17,866 nucleotides of DNA from Candidatus Nanohaloarchaea archaeon (GTDB lineage Archaea > Nanohalarchaeota > Nanosalinia > Nanosalinales > Nanosalinaceae), in assembly GCA_046497485.1 (NCBI GenBank), contig JAWOFP010000001.1, forward strand, positions 1 through 17,866. The letters run 5' to 3'. The translations under genes and the position numbers were made by a program. Of this stretch, positions 7,579 to 16,791 are shown in pieces. How positions within the stretch are numbered: the first letter of the stretch is position 1; each line of letters begins with the position of its first letter. The notes beneath the pieces were generated by a model, which worked only from the letters and a program-made list of their open reading frames with translations, made no database searches and was not told where the DNA came from.

Positions 7579-8766
7579 TTAGATAAAACCTATGCCGAAG
7601 TAACTCAAGGCAGGGTAGATAAGCACCGACATTGATGCTGCCCAGGAATTTTTCAGCAATGCTACAGTCCCGATAAATGAGGATACTCCGAATACCAGGA
7701 AGCCGTACAGGCCTGTGGTGTAACCAACTGTAATGCAGATTGCGGAGACTGTGAAAAACGCTAAAGTCCTGAAATCAAATTTTCTAACTATCTTTAGGAA
7801 GAAGTCCAGGTTTTTCATTGCTGTGATTCCTGCGATGCCTGAAGCAAAGAGGCAACAGCCAATCAGGAACATTATTTGAGGAAGTCTGACATCTGAAATA
7901 GTCTGTAAAGCGACCGAGCTACCAGATCTAGGACTGCCTATCAAGTAAAGCGCCAGAAACGAGATCAGTATATCGCTGGTGTTTACACCTCCAAGACCTA
8001 CCATGAAGTTCTCTCTTTCCGAGTCCATTAGAGGCGTCAAAAAAGTCGTAGCGATTGCTGCGCCGATACCTGGGACTATTCCTGCTAGAAGGCCTGCTCC
8101 AAAACCAGTGCATCCGGATAAAACATTTTTTTCTCCAATATTCCAGTTCTTTTTCTGTCCAGGTATTCCAATCTCCTGGGTTAAACTGTAGAGGATTGCG
8201 GGTAAGGCAAATAGTCCTGCAAAGATAGGCATCAGGATAAACTGCTGTTGGAAACCTGAGTTAAGGGTTAGGAGGCCTAAAGTTCCTGACAGTATTGAGA
8301 CAATTACAGCATTGATTCTAGACTCTGATTCCAGGATTATGAAGAAAAGGAAAAATAGTAGAATGAAACCCATAACAGATTCAATATATTCATAAACCAG
8401 TTTTAGGCCTACATAAATTACTGGTAAAGCAAGTATGAATACGTAGACTGATGTGATTCCTCCTACTAATGTCAGCATAAACGCTTTCCGTCCTTCTCCT
8501 TCCGCGACCATATCAAGGCCTGGCAAAGAGCTTAAAGCATTTTCAGCTTCCGGCGCCTTCAGGAAAAGCGCTGGTAAAAAGTCGTTCAAGGTATGGGAAA
8601 CACTTAGGCCTGAGATAAAGGCCATAAAACTGATGAAATCCGGCTGAATCACAAAGTAGAATGGTAGAATTGTGAAGATGACTGTGTTGGGGTGTATCCC
8701 TGGTATTATGCCTGTAAGGCTCCCTGCCAGAACTCCAATCGTTATGTAGAGCAGGATTTCTAGCAT
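7579..8766 (-). CDS. TctA-family (tripartite tricarboxylate transporter-like) archaeal membrane protein
   Basis: GSLTGIIPGIHPN N-terminal motif with an internal repeat (GLLAGIVPGIG), plus DFLPALFL and GSPRSG; about 11-12 TM. Confidence 0.85.
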   Translation of the reverse strand: MLEILLYITIGVLAGSLTGIIPGIHPNTVIFTILPFYFVIQPDFISFMAFISGLSVSHTLNDFLPALFLKAPEAENALSSLPGLDMVAEGEGRKAFMLTLVGGITSVYVFILALPVIYVGLKLVYEYIESVMGFILLFFLFFIILESESRINAVIVSILSGTLGLLTLNSGFQQQFILMPIFAGLFALPAILYSLTQEIGIPGQKKNWNIGEKNVLSGCTGFGAGLLAGIVPGIGAAIATTFLTPLMDSERENFMVGLGGVNTSDILISFLALYLIGSPRSGSSVALQTISDVRLPQIMFLIGCCLFASGIAGITAMKNLDFFLKIVRKFDFRTLAFFTVSAICITVGYTTGLYGFLVFGVSSFIGTVALLKNSWAASMSVLIYPALSYFGIGFI

Positions 8767-8817
8767 GTGAAATGGTTTTTCGACATGGATAAAAAAGCCA
8801 CATCATAAATTGAGGTT

Positions 8818-9129
8818 ATGTTCGGCGGCAAAGACATGAGTAAGATGATGAAACAGATGGGAATGGATATGGACGAAATCGACGCAGAAAAGGTCGAGGT
8901 CCATCTGTCAAACGACAAAAGACTAGTATTTTCAAAGCCAGAGCTCTCAAAGATTGAGGCACAGGGACAGGAAATCTTCCAGTTACAGGGGAATTACAGT
9001 GAAGAAACAGCGATTCCCGAAGAAGATATTGAATTAGTTATGGAGAAGACTGAGGCCTCAGAGGAAGAAGCCAAGAAGGCCTTAGAGAGCGAAGGCGACG
9101 TTGCTGGAGCAGTAATGAGCCTCCAGTAA
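8818..9129 (+). CDS. nac: Nascent polypeptide-associated complex protein (archaeal NAC)
   Basis: MMKQMGMDM...AEKV NAC domain and C-terminal UBA-like EDIELVMEKTEASEEEAKKALESEGDVAGAVMSL. Confidence 0.95.
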   Translation: MFGGKDMSKMMKQMGMDMDEIDAEKVEVHLSNDKRLVFSKPELSKIEAQGQEIFQLQGNYSEETAIPEEDIELVMEKTEASEEEAKKALESEGDVAGAVMSLQ

Positions 9130-9136
9130 ATTCGCT

Positions 9137-9159
9137 TATTTTTATCTAACTTTTTCTTT
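9137..9159 (+). terminator. Oligo-T archaeal terminator candidate after nac
   Basis: T-runs (TATTTTTAT...CTTTTTCTTT) just downstream of the nac stop, in the convergent nac/secD gap. Confidence 0.4.
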
Positions 9160-9188
9160 GAAATAATTCTCTAAGCCTGATCCTCGAT

Positions 9189-10802
9189 TTAATTATCAAG
9201 TTGCTCCATGAACTTGGAGAATGCAGGCCTAGTAATCGTAATTCCGACCATGATTCCAAGGATTGTGGTCCATGCAAAGTCATGGATTGAGCTCATTGCA
9301 GCGCCTGAAGGCCCAGCCGTGAAAATAAATCCTCCTATCAGTGCTGCAAAGACTCCGATAGCTGTGAAGTGCCTATTGCTTTTTCTGCCGTAGAAGTTGT
9401 ACATTAGGAGGCCTACCCCAGCTAAAGCTAGGAATAAGCTTACTGTTCCAGGGTAGATTATTGGTGACATGGCTCCTATTGTTGAGGCTGCCGATGTGAA
9501 GATTACGAAGAATGCTCTCTTCATTTTCTCTGTCCAGGACTGAATAACTTCTCTATCAGATTCATCTGTAATTATGATTTGGTCGTCTACTCCTGTTCCG
9601 ACTGCCGCGATTATTCCTGCTATTGCTGAAAGGCTGAGTGTTCCTGCGGTTGTGAACCAGACTCCTAGTAGAATGTAGACTTCTGAAGCGCCTGTAACAA
9701 CCATAGGAATCGCAACTTTTGGATTCTGATATCTTGCAGTAACCAGTAGGCCTGTAGCAATTAGAGATCCTACAATGGATAGGATTGAAGCCCTTAGGAA
9801 GTCATCTCCTAGTGCGGATGAAAGTGTTGTAGTAGATTCCACTTCTACGCTTACTGGTAGGCTTCCGGACTGAAGGATTGCCTGCATATTTTCAAGACTG
9901 GACTGTGCTTCGTCATACGTATCATCTCCTCCGCTTATCTGGCTTTGAGTCAAGACTTGATCTTTGAATACTCCGCTCATTCTGAGTGCTGAGTTTCTCT
10001 CGCCGTCAACATATAGCCCCATTCGTGCGAATTCTCCATTGTCATGTTGCAGGTAGCCTTCATCAGTATTTACGCTTGTTCGGTAGTTCTGTGCGATCCG
10101 ATTGACATTTCTTGCTGCATCGCTTGTAATCGTGGTCGGGAACTGCCAGTTGTAAGGCCCGGAGCCTGAAATCTGGCCGGAGCCAACATCCTGTACATCT
10201 GCGCCCGTATAAGTCACGACCTCGATATTTGCGTATCTCTCTGTATTATTGATGTATACAAACTCTGGGCCTTCCTCGCTTAATGTGAATCTTTCGTCAG
10301 GCCTGTAGGTCTCATCTCCTACTTCTACACTGCCGTTTTTCTCATCCCAAACAAAGTTGTATGTTTCTTCTATTGTGAACTCTCGCTCATCTTCGACCTG
10401 GATCGGCATCCTTGCCTCGAAACGCCCTTCCTGTGATATTACTTCTCGTATCTGGCTTTGATTCGTTACACCGACTTCCACTTGTAACCTGTAGTTTCCG
10501 CCTCCTATGTCCACGGTTCTGACTTGTGGATCTGGAAGGCCTAACTGTGTCATTCTTATCGATAGTACGTCTCTTACTTGGTCGGCTAGTTCCTGCTGTT
10601 CCTCTCCTGTGGCATTAGTTTCCATTTTTAGAAGTAACCGTGTTCCTCCTGTGAACTCTATGCCTAGTCGGTCCTCAATATCTGTTTCTAGCTGGACATC
10701 TCCGTCTTCACCCTGTACGTAGCTAGGGTTAAGCATTACAGTCGCTACTAGAAGGCCTGCGAAGAATACCCAGACTCTCCATTCCATTGCTAACTCTTTC
10801 AT
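9189..10802 (-). CDS. secD: Protein translocase subunit SecD
   Basis: LGIEFTGGTRLLL, LQSGSLPV, IAGIIAAVGTGVDDQIIITDE and TRPAF motifs. ATG 10802 overlaps the secF stop as ATGA. Confidence 0.93.
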   Translation of the reverse strand: MKELAMEWRVWVFFAGLLVATVMLNPSYVQGEDGDVQLETDIEDRLGIEFTGGTRLLLKMETNATGEEQQELADQVRDVLSIRMTQLGLPDPQVRTVDIGGGNYRLQVEVGVTNQSQIREVISQEGRFEARMPIQVEDEREFTIEETYNFVWDEKNGSVEVGDETYRPDERFTLSEEGPEFVYINNTERYANIEVVTYTGADVQDVGSGQISGSGPYNWQFPTTITSDAARNVNRIAQNYRTSVNTDEGYLQHDNGEFARMGLYVDGERNSALRMSGVFKDQVLTQSQISGGDDTYDEAQSSLENMQAILQSGSLPVSVEVESTTTLSSALGDDFLRASILSIVGSLIATGLLVTARYQNPKVAIPMVVTGASEVYILLGVWFTTAGTLSLSAIAGIIAAVGTGVDDQIIITDESDREVIQSWTEKMKRAFFVIFTSAASTIGAMSPIIYPGTVSLFLALAGVGLLMYNFYGRKSNRHFTAIGVFAALIGGFIFTAGPSGAAMSSIHDFAWTTILGIMVGITITRPAFSKFMEQLDN

Positions 10803-11746
10803 TTCCATGGTAGTCCACCTCTAAAGCTGCTTATGCTGTCAAAGTCGCCTTCGACATATTTCTTCAATATTATCGTGTTACCCATCCAAGTTAATGGGAT
10901 ATCTGCTAGAAGCCCAATCACCATTACCGCTGCAATGTTTGAAAGTGCTGAAGGCCCTACGATTGAAACCGATATGAGGTATAGTAGTGTGAATCCTGCG
11001 ATCCCTCCTGAGCTCATAGTCAGGCCTGTTTTCATTGAGCTCCACATCCGGGATTTTACTGTCCCTCTATTCATTTTTAATATGCGTGTGGAGAGCACAA
11101 TATCTGTGTCAACGGAATAACCTATAAGCATCAGTAAAGCTGCTAAAGAGCCTAGTGAAAGCGGAACGCCTATTAGACTCATTCCTGCTGCTGCAATTAG
11201 TATATCTCCTCCTGCAGCAAATACTACTGCGATCGAAGGGGTGAAGTCCTTGAAAGCATAAAATATTACTGTGCTCATAACAGTGAACGCAAGTATAAAT
11301 GCGAACTGAGCCTGCTGGAAGAACTGACCTGAGACTGCTGCAGAAATCGAATTGAAGCCATCGACTTCTGCTTCATATCCTCCTGACTCAAGTATCTCCA
11401 AGGCCTCTTCTCTTTCGATTTCTGGAGGCGCAACCTGTACAAGTAATAACTGTCGCTCGCCGGTATCTTGTGTCAGCACAGAAGTTCCAGGCCTACCGTT
11501 ATCTGCGAAGAGCTGTTCTACTTCTGTCGAGCTGAAGTCTCCTTCTACTTCAAAGGTTATCTCTGTTCCTCCGGCGAAATCTGTTCCTTTTTCTAGGAAT
11601 TCTCCTGTGGTTGCGAAGTTGAAGAAAAGCACTCCAGAAGCGATTAAAATCAGTAATAGAGGCACAACAAAGTATTTATCGTAGTCCTCATACATCTTAT
11701 CGAACATTTTGCTACTGCGCTTTTCTACATTATCAGCCCATTCCAC
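10799..11746 (-). CDS. secF: Protein translocase subunit SecF
   Basis: GTDFAGGTEI and AALLMLIGYSVDTDIVLSTR motifs, 6 TM. GTG 11746 lies about 25-30 nt downstream of TTTAAAA (11776-11770); alternative ATG at 11707. Confidence 0.93.
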   Translation of the reverse strand: MEWADNVEKRSSKMFDKMYEDYDKYFVVPLLLILIASGVLFFNFATTGEFLEKGTDFAGGTEITFEVEGDFSSTEVEQLFADNGRPGTSVLTQDTGERQLLLVQVAPPEIEREEALEILESGGYEAEVDGFNSISAAVSGQFFQQAQFAFILAFTVMSTVIFYAFKDFTPSIAVVFAAGGDILIAAAGMSLIGVPLSLGSLAALLMLIGYSVDTDIVLSTRILKMNRGTVKSRMWSSMKTGLTMSSGGIAGFTLLYLISVSIVGPSALSNIAAVMVIGLLADIPLTWMGNTIILKKYVEGDFDSISSFRGGLPWK

Positions 11747-11836
11747 ACCACAGAATGGGTCTAAAATGCTTTTAAACCCGACGAATCAGTTTTCGAAAGC
11801 TCATAAAAAACCTTTTAACCAAAAAACAGTTTAGGC

Positions 11837-14455
11837 ATGAACGATAAACTAGATCAGGCAATTGACAAGGCCTCAAATTACAGTTTTGGAGCAGCAATAC
11901 TAACAGTTTTCTTACTGGCTTTCGGATTAAGATACTATCCTGCCAGAAACATTGAATACCTTCAGGCCTTGGATCCTTACAATCTTTTCAGGATGTCACA
12001 GCAAATCGCATACACTGGATCTCTACCTGATCTCGACTTCATGCGTTATTTCCCATATGCATCGCCTACATATGTTTCACACCAGCTTAACCTCTGGATT
12101 CCGGCTATAATGTATAAAATGGGAGGATTCCTAGCATTCGAGAATTACCTAGGATTTGCTAAAACTATCGCCCCTCTCTTCTCAGCTTTATCTGCAGTTA
12201 CAATGTACTTTTTAGGAAGAGAACTATACGATAAATACACAGGCCTAGGAGCAGCATTCTTCATAGCAGTCCTTCCAGGAGCAATGTTCAGAGGAAGCGC
12301 AGGCTTCTTCGAGAAAGAAGCTATCGGAACATTCTTTATGATGGTCTCACTGCTCTTCTTCACACTAGCCTGGAAAAACAGGAACTGGGCTTACGGAATG
12401 GTTTCAGGCCTCGCACTAGGAATCTTCTCAGCCACATGGGGAGGAAGCCAGATGCTATGGCTACTCTATCCAATGATTATAGGATTCATGTTGTTAATAA
12501 ATGAAGCAACCGAGGATATGATTCCTGCTTTTACGCCGATAGTGATAATTGCGGCGTTTGTTGGAGCAGTATTTAATCCAAACAGATTGTGGCTCGGCAG
12601 CAAGGAGGTACTACTGAGCTTTGGGTTTTTAGGCCTTCTATGGGTGCGGTATCTTGTTGAAGAATTAGATATTGTTGCAGAAGATAGACTGGATTACTTT
12701 ATGCCTTCAACATATATCGCTGGCGCTTTTGTCTTAGCTTTATCGCCTTTATACTCTCAGACTGTAGCAAGCTTAGTCTACTCAATTTACACAACTGCTA
12801 CACAGTCAGGAAGCGGAGTAATTGGAGGGACAGTTGCGGAAAACGCATCAACACAGATGAGCCAGTTAATCAGCCAGATGGGTTCGGGAGTTCTCAGTGG
12901 AGTATTCCCTGGAGTTGGGGCAATTTCCTCACTGTTTGGGACCTGGACATTAGTCTTCATAGGATTCCCTATGATGATCTCAACCCTCTACCTAATGTTT
13001 GGAAGAAAATACGGTATAATAGAAGAAGGCCTATCTGGAAAAAGGCAGTACGGAGTCATTGCCGGAGTAATAGCGGCTTGGGCTATAGGATTCACAGCAT
13101 TCTTCGAGGGATACAGAGCCTTCGGACTGATCGCAGGCCTAGTTCTTTCAGTAGTGTTAGCCTTAATCAATTTCTACATTGACGAGGACTCAGCATTTAA
13201 TATCTCAGTAATAACGCTAGTTTTCACAGCTTTAGTCGCTTCACTGTATGCATTAGGACAGAACAGCGTTCAGGAAACAGCCACTATTCTAAGAGGAGTG
13301 GCGTACCCAATATGGTTATCTATAGCAGGCCTTGGAATAGTTTATACTACTGAAAGCTTCGAGCCAATGGATATAGGCATGGACTGGTACAAAATTATCC
13401 CCGTATTCTGGCTAGGAACCAATCTATTAGGTGCGGTTGCCAGAAGCAGACTTGTCTATCTTGCGACTTTCTCGGCCGCGCTCGGTGCAGGATATATGCT
13501 CTCAAGAGTGATTAGAAAGCTTCAGACAATGGAGTTTTCCGATACAGGCCTTGACTCCTCAAGAGTAAGAATAGTTTTACTACTGGTCTTGGCTCTTGGA
13601 GTAGTTACAGTTAATGTTGCTGCAGGATTCTTCGCAGTCTCAAGCTCATCAGGATCTCCTAACCAGTTATGGATGGAGAACCTGGATTACTTAGATGAAG
13701 AGGCACCGAATGGATCAGTCACAATGTCATGGTGGGACTACGGTTACCACTTCCAGTCAATCGGTAGAACGGGTACAGTAGCTGACGGAGGAAACTTTGG
13801 GTACTACACAAGTGAAGAAAAAGTGAACTATCCGTTAGCGCAGTACTTCGCGTCGAATGATACAAGGGAGAACTACGACGAGCTCTACAACAAGCATTCG
13901 GTTGATTACGTTGTGCTGGATAACACGATGATTGGAAAGTATTCGGCTGTAAGCCAGATCGCGAACAGAGACAACGAAAACTTCAATTCAATGTATCAGG
14001 TTTCAACTCCAAACTCGGCGCAGCAGTCAATATCTGAGTCTGAAGACAGGACTGTCATGAATTTCCAGGGAAGAGTTGCTCAGTGGAATGCACAGATTTA
14101 TGCTCCTATCGAGATTAACAATAACACTGTTGAGGTATCGGATACAGTGACTATGCAGACTCATACAGGAGAAAGCATAGAAATAAACTGCATTCTGACA
14201 GAAGACGGAATACAGAACTTAGGAGATGAAGACTCTGAAGAGTCCAACTTCTGCGTAGCAATCGATCCTTACTACAGCCTAGAGAGAGGCCTTTCATTTG
14301 AAGGCTTCCAGTCAAGGATTACAGTGATTCCAAGAGATGTTGCAGATCACAACTTGATGAGGCTATACTTCATGGATGGTCATGGAATGGACTATCTAGA
14401 AAAAGTCGAAGAGGGATCAAACGACTACGTCAAAATGTGGGAAGTTACGGAATGA
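11837..14455 (+). CDS. aglB: Oligosaccharyltransferase AglB (STT3 family)
   Basis: WWDYG motif, ALDPY, TVAEN (TIxE-like) and DNTMIGK (DK motif); large N-terminal TM region plus soluble C-terminal domain. Confidence 0.95.
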   Translation: MNDKLDQAIDKASNYSFGAAILTVFLLAFGLRYYPARNIEYLQALDPYNLFRMSQQIAYTGSLPDLDFMRYFPYASPTYVSHQLNLWIPAIMYKMGGFLAFENYLGFAKTIAPLFSALSAVTMYFLGRELYDKYTGLGAAFFIAVLPGAMFRGSAGFFEKEAIGTFFMMVSLLFFTLAWKNRNWAYGMVSGLALGIFSATWGGSQMLWLLYPMIIGFMLLINEATEDMIPAFTPIVIIAAFVGAVFNPNRLWLGSKEVLLSFGFLGLLWVRYLVEELDIVAEDRLDYFMPSTYIAGAFVLALSPLYSQTVASLVYSIYTTATQSGSGVIGGTVAENASTQMSQLISQMGSGVLSGVFPGVGAISSLFGTWTLVFIGFPMMISTLYLMFGRKYGIIEEGLSGKRQYGVIAGVIAAWAIGFTAFFEGYRAFGLIAGLVLSVVLALINFYIDEDSAFNISVITLVFTALVASLYALGQNSVQETATILRGVAYPIWLSIAGLGIVYTTESFEPMDIGMDWYKIIPVFWLGTNLLGAVARSRLVYLATFSAALGAGYMLSRVIRKLQTMEFSDTGLDSSRVRIVLLLVLALGVVTVNVAAGFFAVSSSSGSPNQLWMENLDYLDEEAPNGSVTMSWWDYGYHFQSIGRTGTVADGGNFGYYTSEEKVNYPLAQYFASNDTRENYDELYNKHSVDYVVLDNTMIGKYSAVSQIANRDNENFNSMYQVSTPNSAQQSISESEDRTVMNFQGRVAQWNAQIYAPIEINNNTVEVSDTVTMQTHTGESIEINCILTEDGIQNLGDEDSEESNFCVAIDPYYSLERGLSFEGFQSRITVIPRDVADHNLMRLYFMDGHGMDYLEKVEEGSNDYVKMWEVTE

Positions 14456-15564
14456 TTGAGCTAATACTGCTGATTTCAGGCCTACTGGGGTTCCTGATAG
14501 TGTTTTTCGGAACCCCATTGGCAGAAGAATATTTGGCGGCTTCAGGAATCCTTGGTATTGATCAGCAGAAAGAAGAGAAACCGAGAGTTCCGACTTCTGG
14601 AGGCACAATAGTCTTACTTGGTTTTGTAGTAGCCCTCAGCTTCTTCTCAGGAGCAATCTCCCTTTTCACAAATGTTGCAATAAATGAGGCCTTGATTTTT
14701 GCTTCTCTAACATCTGTCACATTGATCGCGTTGATAGGATTAATCGACGATGTTCACGTTGATTTATCAAAAATCGTGGGAGAGGAGATTGAGAGAGACA
14801 TTCTGATTTCCGATAATAGAACTGTTATACATGAAAAAGCAGACTTTCTTTTCGGGGCGCCAGACCCAGAGATGGATAGGAAAGGCCTTTCACAGGCGGC
14901 CAAGATGACAATGGTTTTACCTGCTGTACTTCCATTGATTGCGGTCGGCGCAGGATCATGGACAATGAGCTTTCCTTTCATCGGAGCGATTGAATGGGGT
15001 CTGATTTATCCGCTTGTTCTCCTTCCATTAGGCCTGATGTTTGTATCAAATGCAGTGAACATGCTTGCAGGAGTAAACGGGCTTGAAGCAGGTCTTTCAC
15101 TAGTGGCATCGACCGCACTAGGGATTTTCGCTTTCCAGAATGGTAGAATTGAGGCCTCAGTTATCGCTTTTGTCCTTGCATCAAGTCTTGCCGCGTTTCT
15201 AGTTTTCAACCGTTATCCTTCAACTATACTTCCTGGGGACTCTCTAACATATCTCTCGGGAGCAGCAATGTTTTCAGCAATGGTCGCAGGAAACATGGAG
15301 AAGTTCGCGGTTGTACTGTTCATGCCTTGGCTAATTGAGTTCTTCCTGAAGGCTCGTTCAAGATTTGATGCAAGATCATGGGGACAGTTACAGGAAGAAG
15401 GAGAACTCAAATCATTCTACCTGAATACTTACTCACTAACTCACTTATTCATGGATAGAGGCCTGAATGAGAAACAGATCGCTCAGTCAATGATAGGTTT
15501 GATGGTTTTATGGGCTGCGTTCACACTTCTTCTCTTCAACTATGTTCCGCTTCTGAACCCATAG
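14452..15564 (+). CDS. aglH: Glycos_transf_4 polyprenyl-phosphate HexNAc-1-phosphate transferase, Alg7/AglH-like
   Basis: PTSGG, GLIDD, NAVNMLAGVNGLEAG, FNRYPSTILPGDSLTY and GNMEK closely follow the Alg7/GPT pattern. ATG 14452 overlaps the aglB stop as ATGA. Confidence 0.8.
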   Translation: MIELILLISGLLGFLIVFFGTPLAEEYLAASGILGIDQQKEEKPRVPTSGGTIVLLGFVVALSFFSGAISLFTNVAINEALIFASLTSVTLIALIGLIDDVHVDLSKIVGEEIERDILISDNRTVIHEKADFLFGAPDPEMDRKGLSQAAKMTMVLPAVLPLIAVGAGSWTMSFPFIGAIEWGLIYPLVLLPLGLMFVSNAVNMLAGVNGLEAGLSLVASTALGIFAFQNGRIEASVIAFVLASSLAAFLVFNRYPSTILPGDSLTYLSGAAMFSAMVAGNMEKFAVVLFMPWLIEFFLKARSRFDARSWGQLQEEGELKSFYLNTYSLTHLFMDRGLNEKQIAQSMIGLMVLWAAFTLLLFNYVPLLNP

Positions 15565-15704
15565 ATTACTGCTAGACAGATTACATAGATGATTGCGAGG
15601 CCTAAAAGGATATCTGTTGAATTCTTAAAGATCAGAAATGTGAGTAGAATTACTGCTGCGGCAGACATTTCCACTGCAAATCGCCTTATTATTTTCTTCT
15701 TCAT
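15540..15704 (-). CDS. Small 2-TM membrane protein, unknown function
   Basis: Basic N-terminus plus two hydrophobic helices. ATG 15704 preferred over 15722 because TTTATA (15736-15731) then sits about 30 nt upstream. Overlaps the aglH 3' end by 25 nt. Confidence 0.5.
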   Translation of the reverse strand: MKKKIIRRFAVEMSAAAVILLTFLIFKNSTDILLGLAIIYVICLAVIYGFRSGT

Positions 15705-15759
15705 TTTCTCGAATCTTTTCATAGAAATGGTATAAATTTGTGGAGGTTAAAATGTATGT

Positions 15760-15933
15760 GTGACTTACTTCCAGTGTCCGGAATGCGGGTTCAAGCAGAG
15801 AAGTAAGGCAAAGGATAGGATTAAGTGTCATAGATGCGGCCGGAGCTACAAGAAGAGGAGGAAATACGAGGCCTCGAAAAGTCCAGATGAGGAGAAAGGC
15901 ACAGGATTCTTCAAGTATACTAAAGAGGACTAA
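15760..15933 (+). CDS. CPxCG-type zinc-finger microprotein (57 aa)
   Basis: Below ORF-track cutoff. GTG start, MTYFQCPECGFKQRSKAKDRIKCHRCGRSYKKRRKYEASKSPDEEKGTGFFKYTKED; two CxxCG knuckles; TATAAA at 15731-15736; stop 3 nt before the glycosylase start. Confidence 0.8.
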   Translation: MTYFQCPECGFKQRSKAKDRIKCHRCGRSYKKRRKYEASKSPDEEKGTGFFKYTKED

Positions 15934-15936
15934 AAA

Positions 15937-16788
15937 ATGGAAAAATATGAGATAGAAGCAAAGAATTTTGATTTGGAACTTACTCTGACATGTGGGCAGA
16001 CTTTTTGCTGGAATCGTATTAATGGAGACCTCTATGGAGAAGGACCAGAGAAATTCTACACTTTCAGAAAGGGAGAGCCGTTAATTGTCGAACAGAAAGA
16101 AGATACTATTATTGCGGAGACAGAATTGCCGGAGAGAGAAGTAAGAAATGCTTTGAGCTTAAATCACGAGCTTGAGGGGATATATGCGACGTTCCCAAGC
16201 GATGGAAAACTTGAGAAAGCTAGGACCGAATTAGAAGGCCTCAGAATCATTCAGGATGAATTTTTTCCGTGCCTGATTTCCTATCTCTGCTCTCCTCAGA
16301 TGCAGATCCCAAGAATAAAACAGATGCACAACAGAATAGCTAAGGAGTATGGTGAAACTGTAGAGTATGCTGGAGAAGAACTTGTGAGATTCCCTGATAT
16401 GGAAGAACTTTCAGATGCAACTGAAGCAGACCTTAGAGACTTAGGCCTAGGGTACAGAGCAAAATATGTCGCAAGAACTATTGAGATACTTCAAGAAGAA
16501 GGTCTTTCAATTTCTTCAGACTATGAAGAAGCTAGAGAGGATTTGAAGAACCTTTACGGCGTTGGCGATAAAGTAGCTGACTGTGTTCTGCTTTTCTCAC
16601 TTGAGTTTTTAGAGGCGTATCCATTAGATACTTGGGCGTTGAAATCTGCGGAAAAGCATTACCCTGATCTTCATTCTGAGGATTACGATGAGGCCTCAGA
16701 GAATCTCCGTGAATACTTTGGACCTTACTCCGGCTATGCGCAGGAGTATTTATTCCATGCGGCTAGAAAAGGGATTATAGAGGTGTAG
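15937..16788 (+). CDS. ogg: 8-oxoguanine DNA glycosylase/AP lyase, Ogg1-type (HhH-GPD)
   Basis: N-terminal LELTLTCGQTFCW (OGG_N), GLRIIQD, LGLGYRAKY, HhH GVGDKVADCVLLFSL with catalytic Lys, PLDTW Asp, and GYAQEYLF. Confidence 0.9.
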   Translation: MEKYEIEAKNFDLELTLTCGQTFCWNRINGDLYGEGPEKFYTFRKGEPLIVEQKEDTIIAETELPEREVRNALSLNHELEGIYATFPSDGKLEKARTELEGLRIIQDEFFPCLISYLCSPQMQIPRIKQMHNRIAKEYGETVEYAGEELVRFPDMEELSDATEADLRDLGLGYRAKYVARTIEILQEEGLSISSDYEEAREDLKNLYGVGDKVADCVLLFSLEFLEAYPLDTWALKSAEKHYPDLHSEDYDEASENLREYFGPYSGYAQEYLFHAARKGIIEV

Positions 16789-16791
16789 AAA

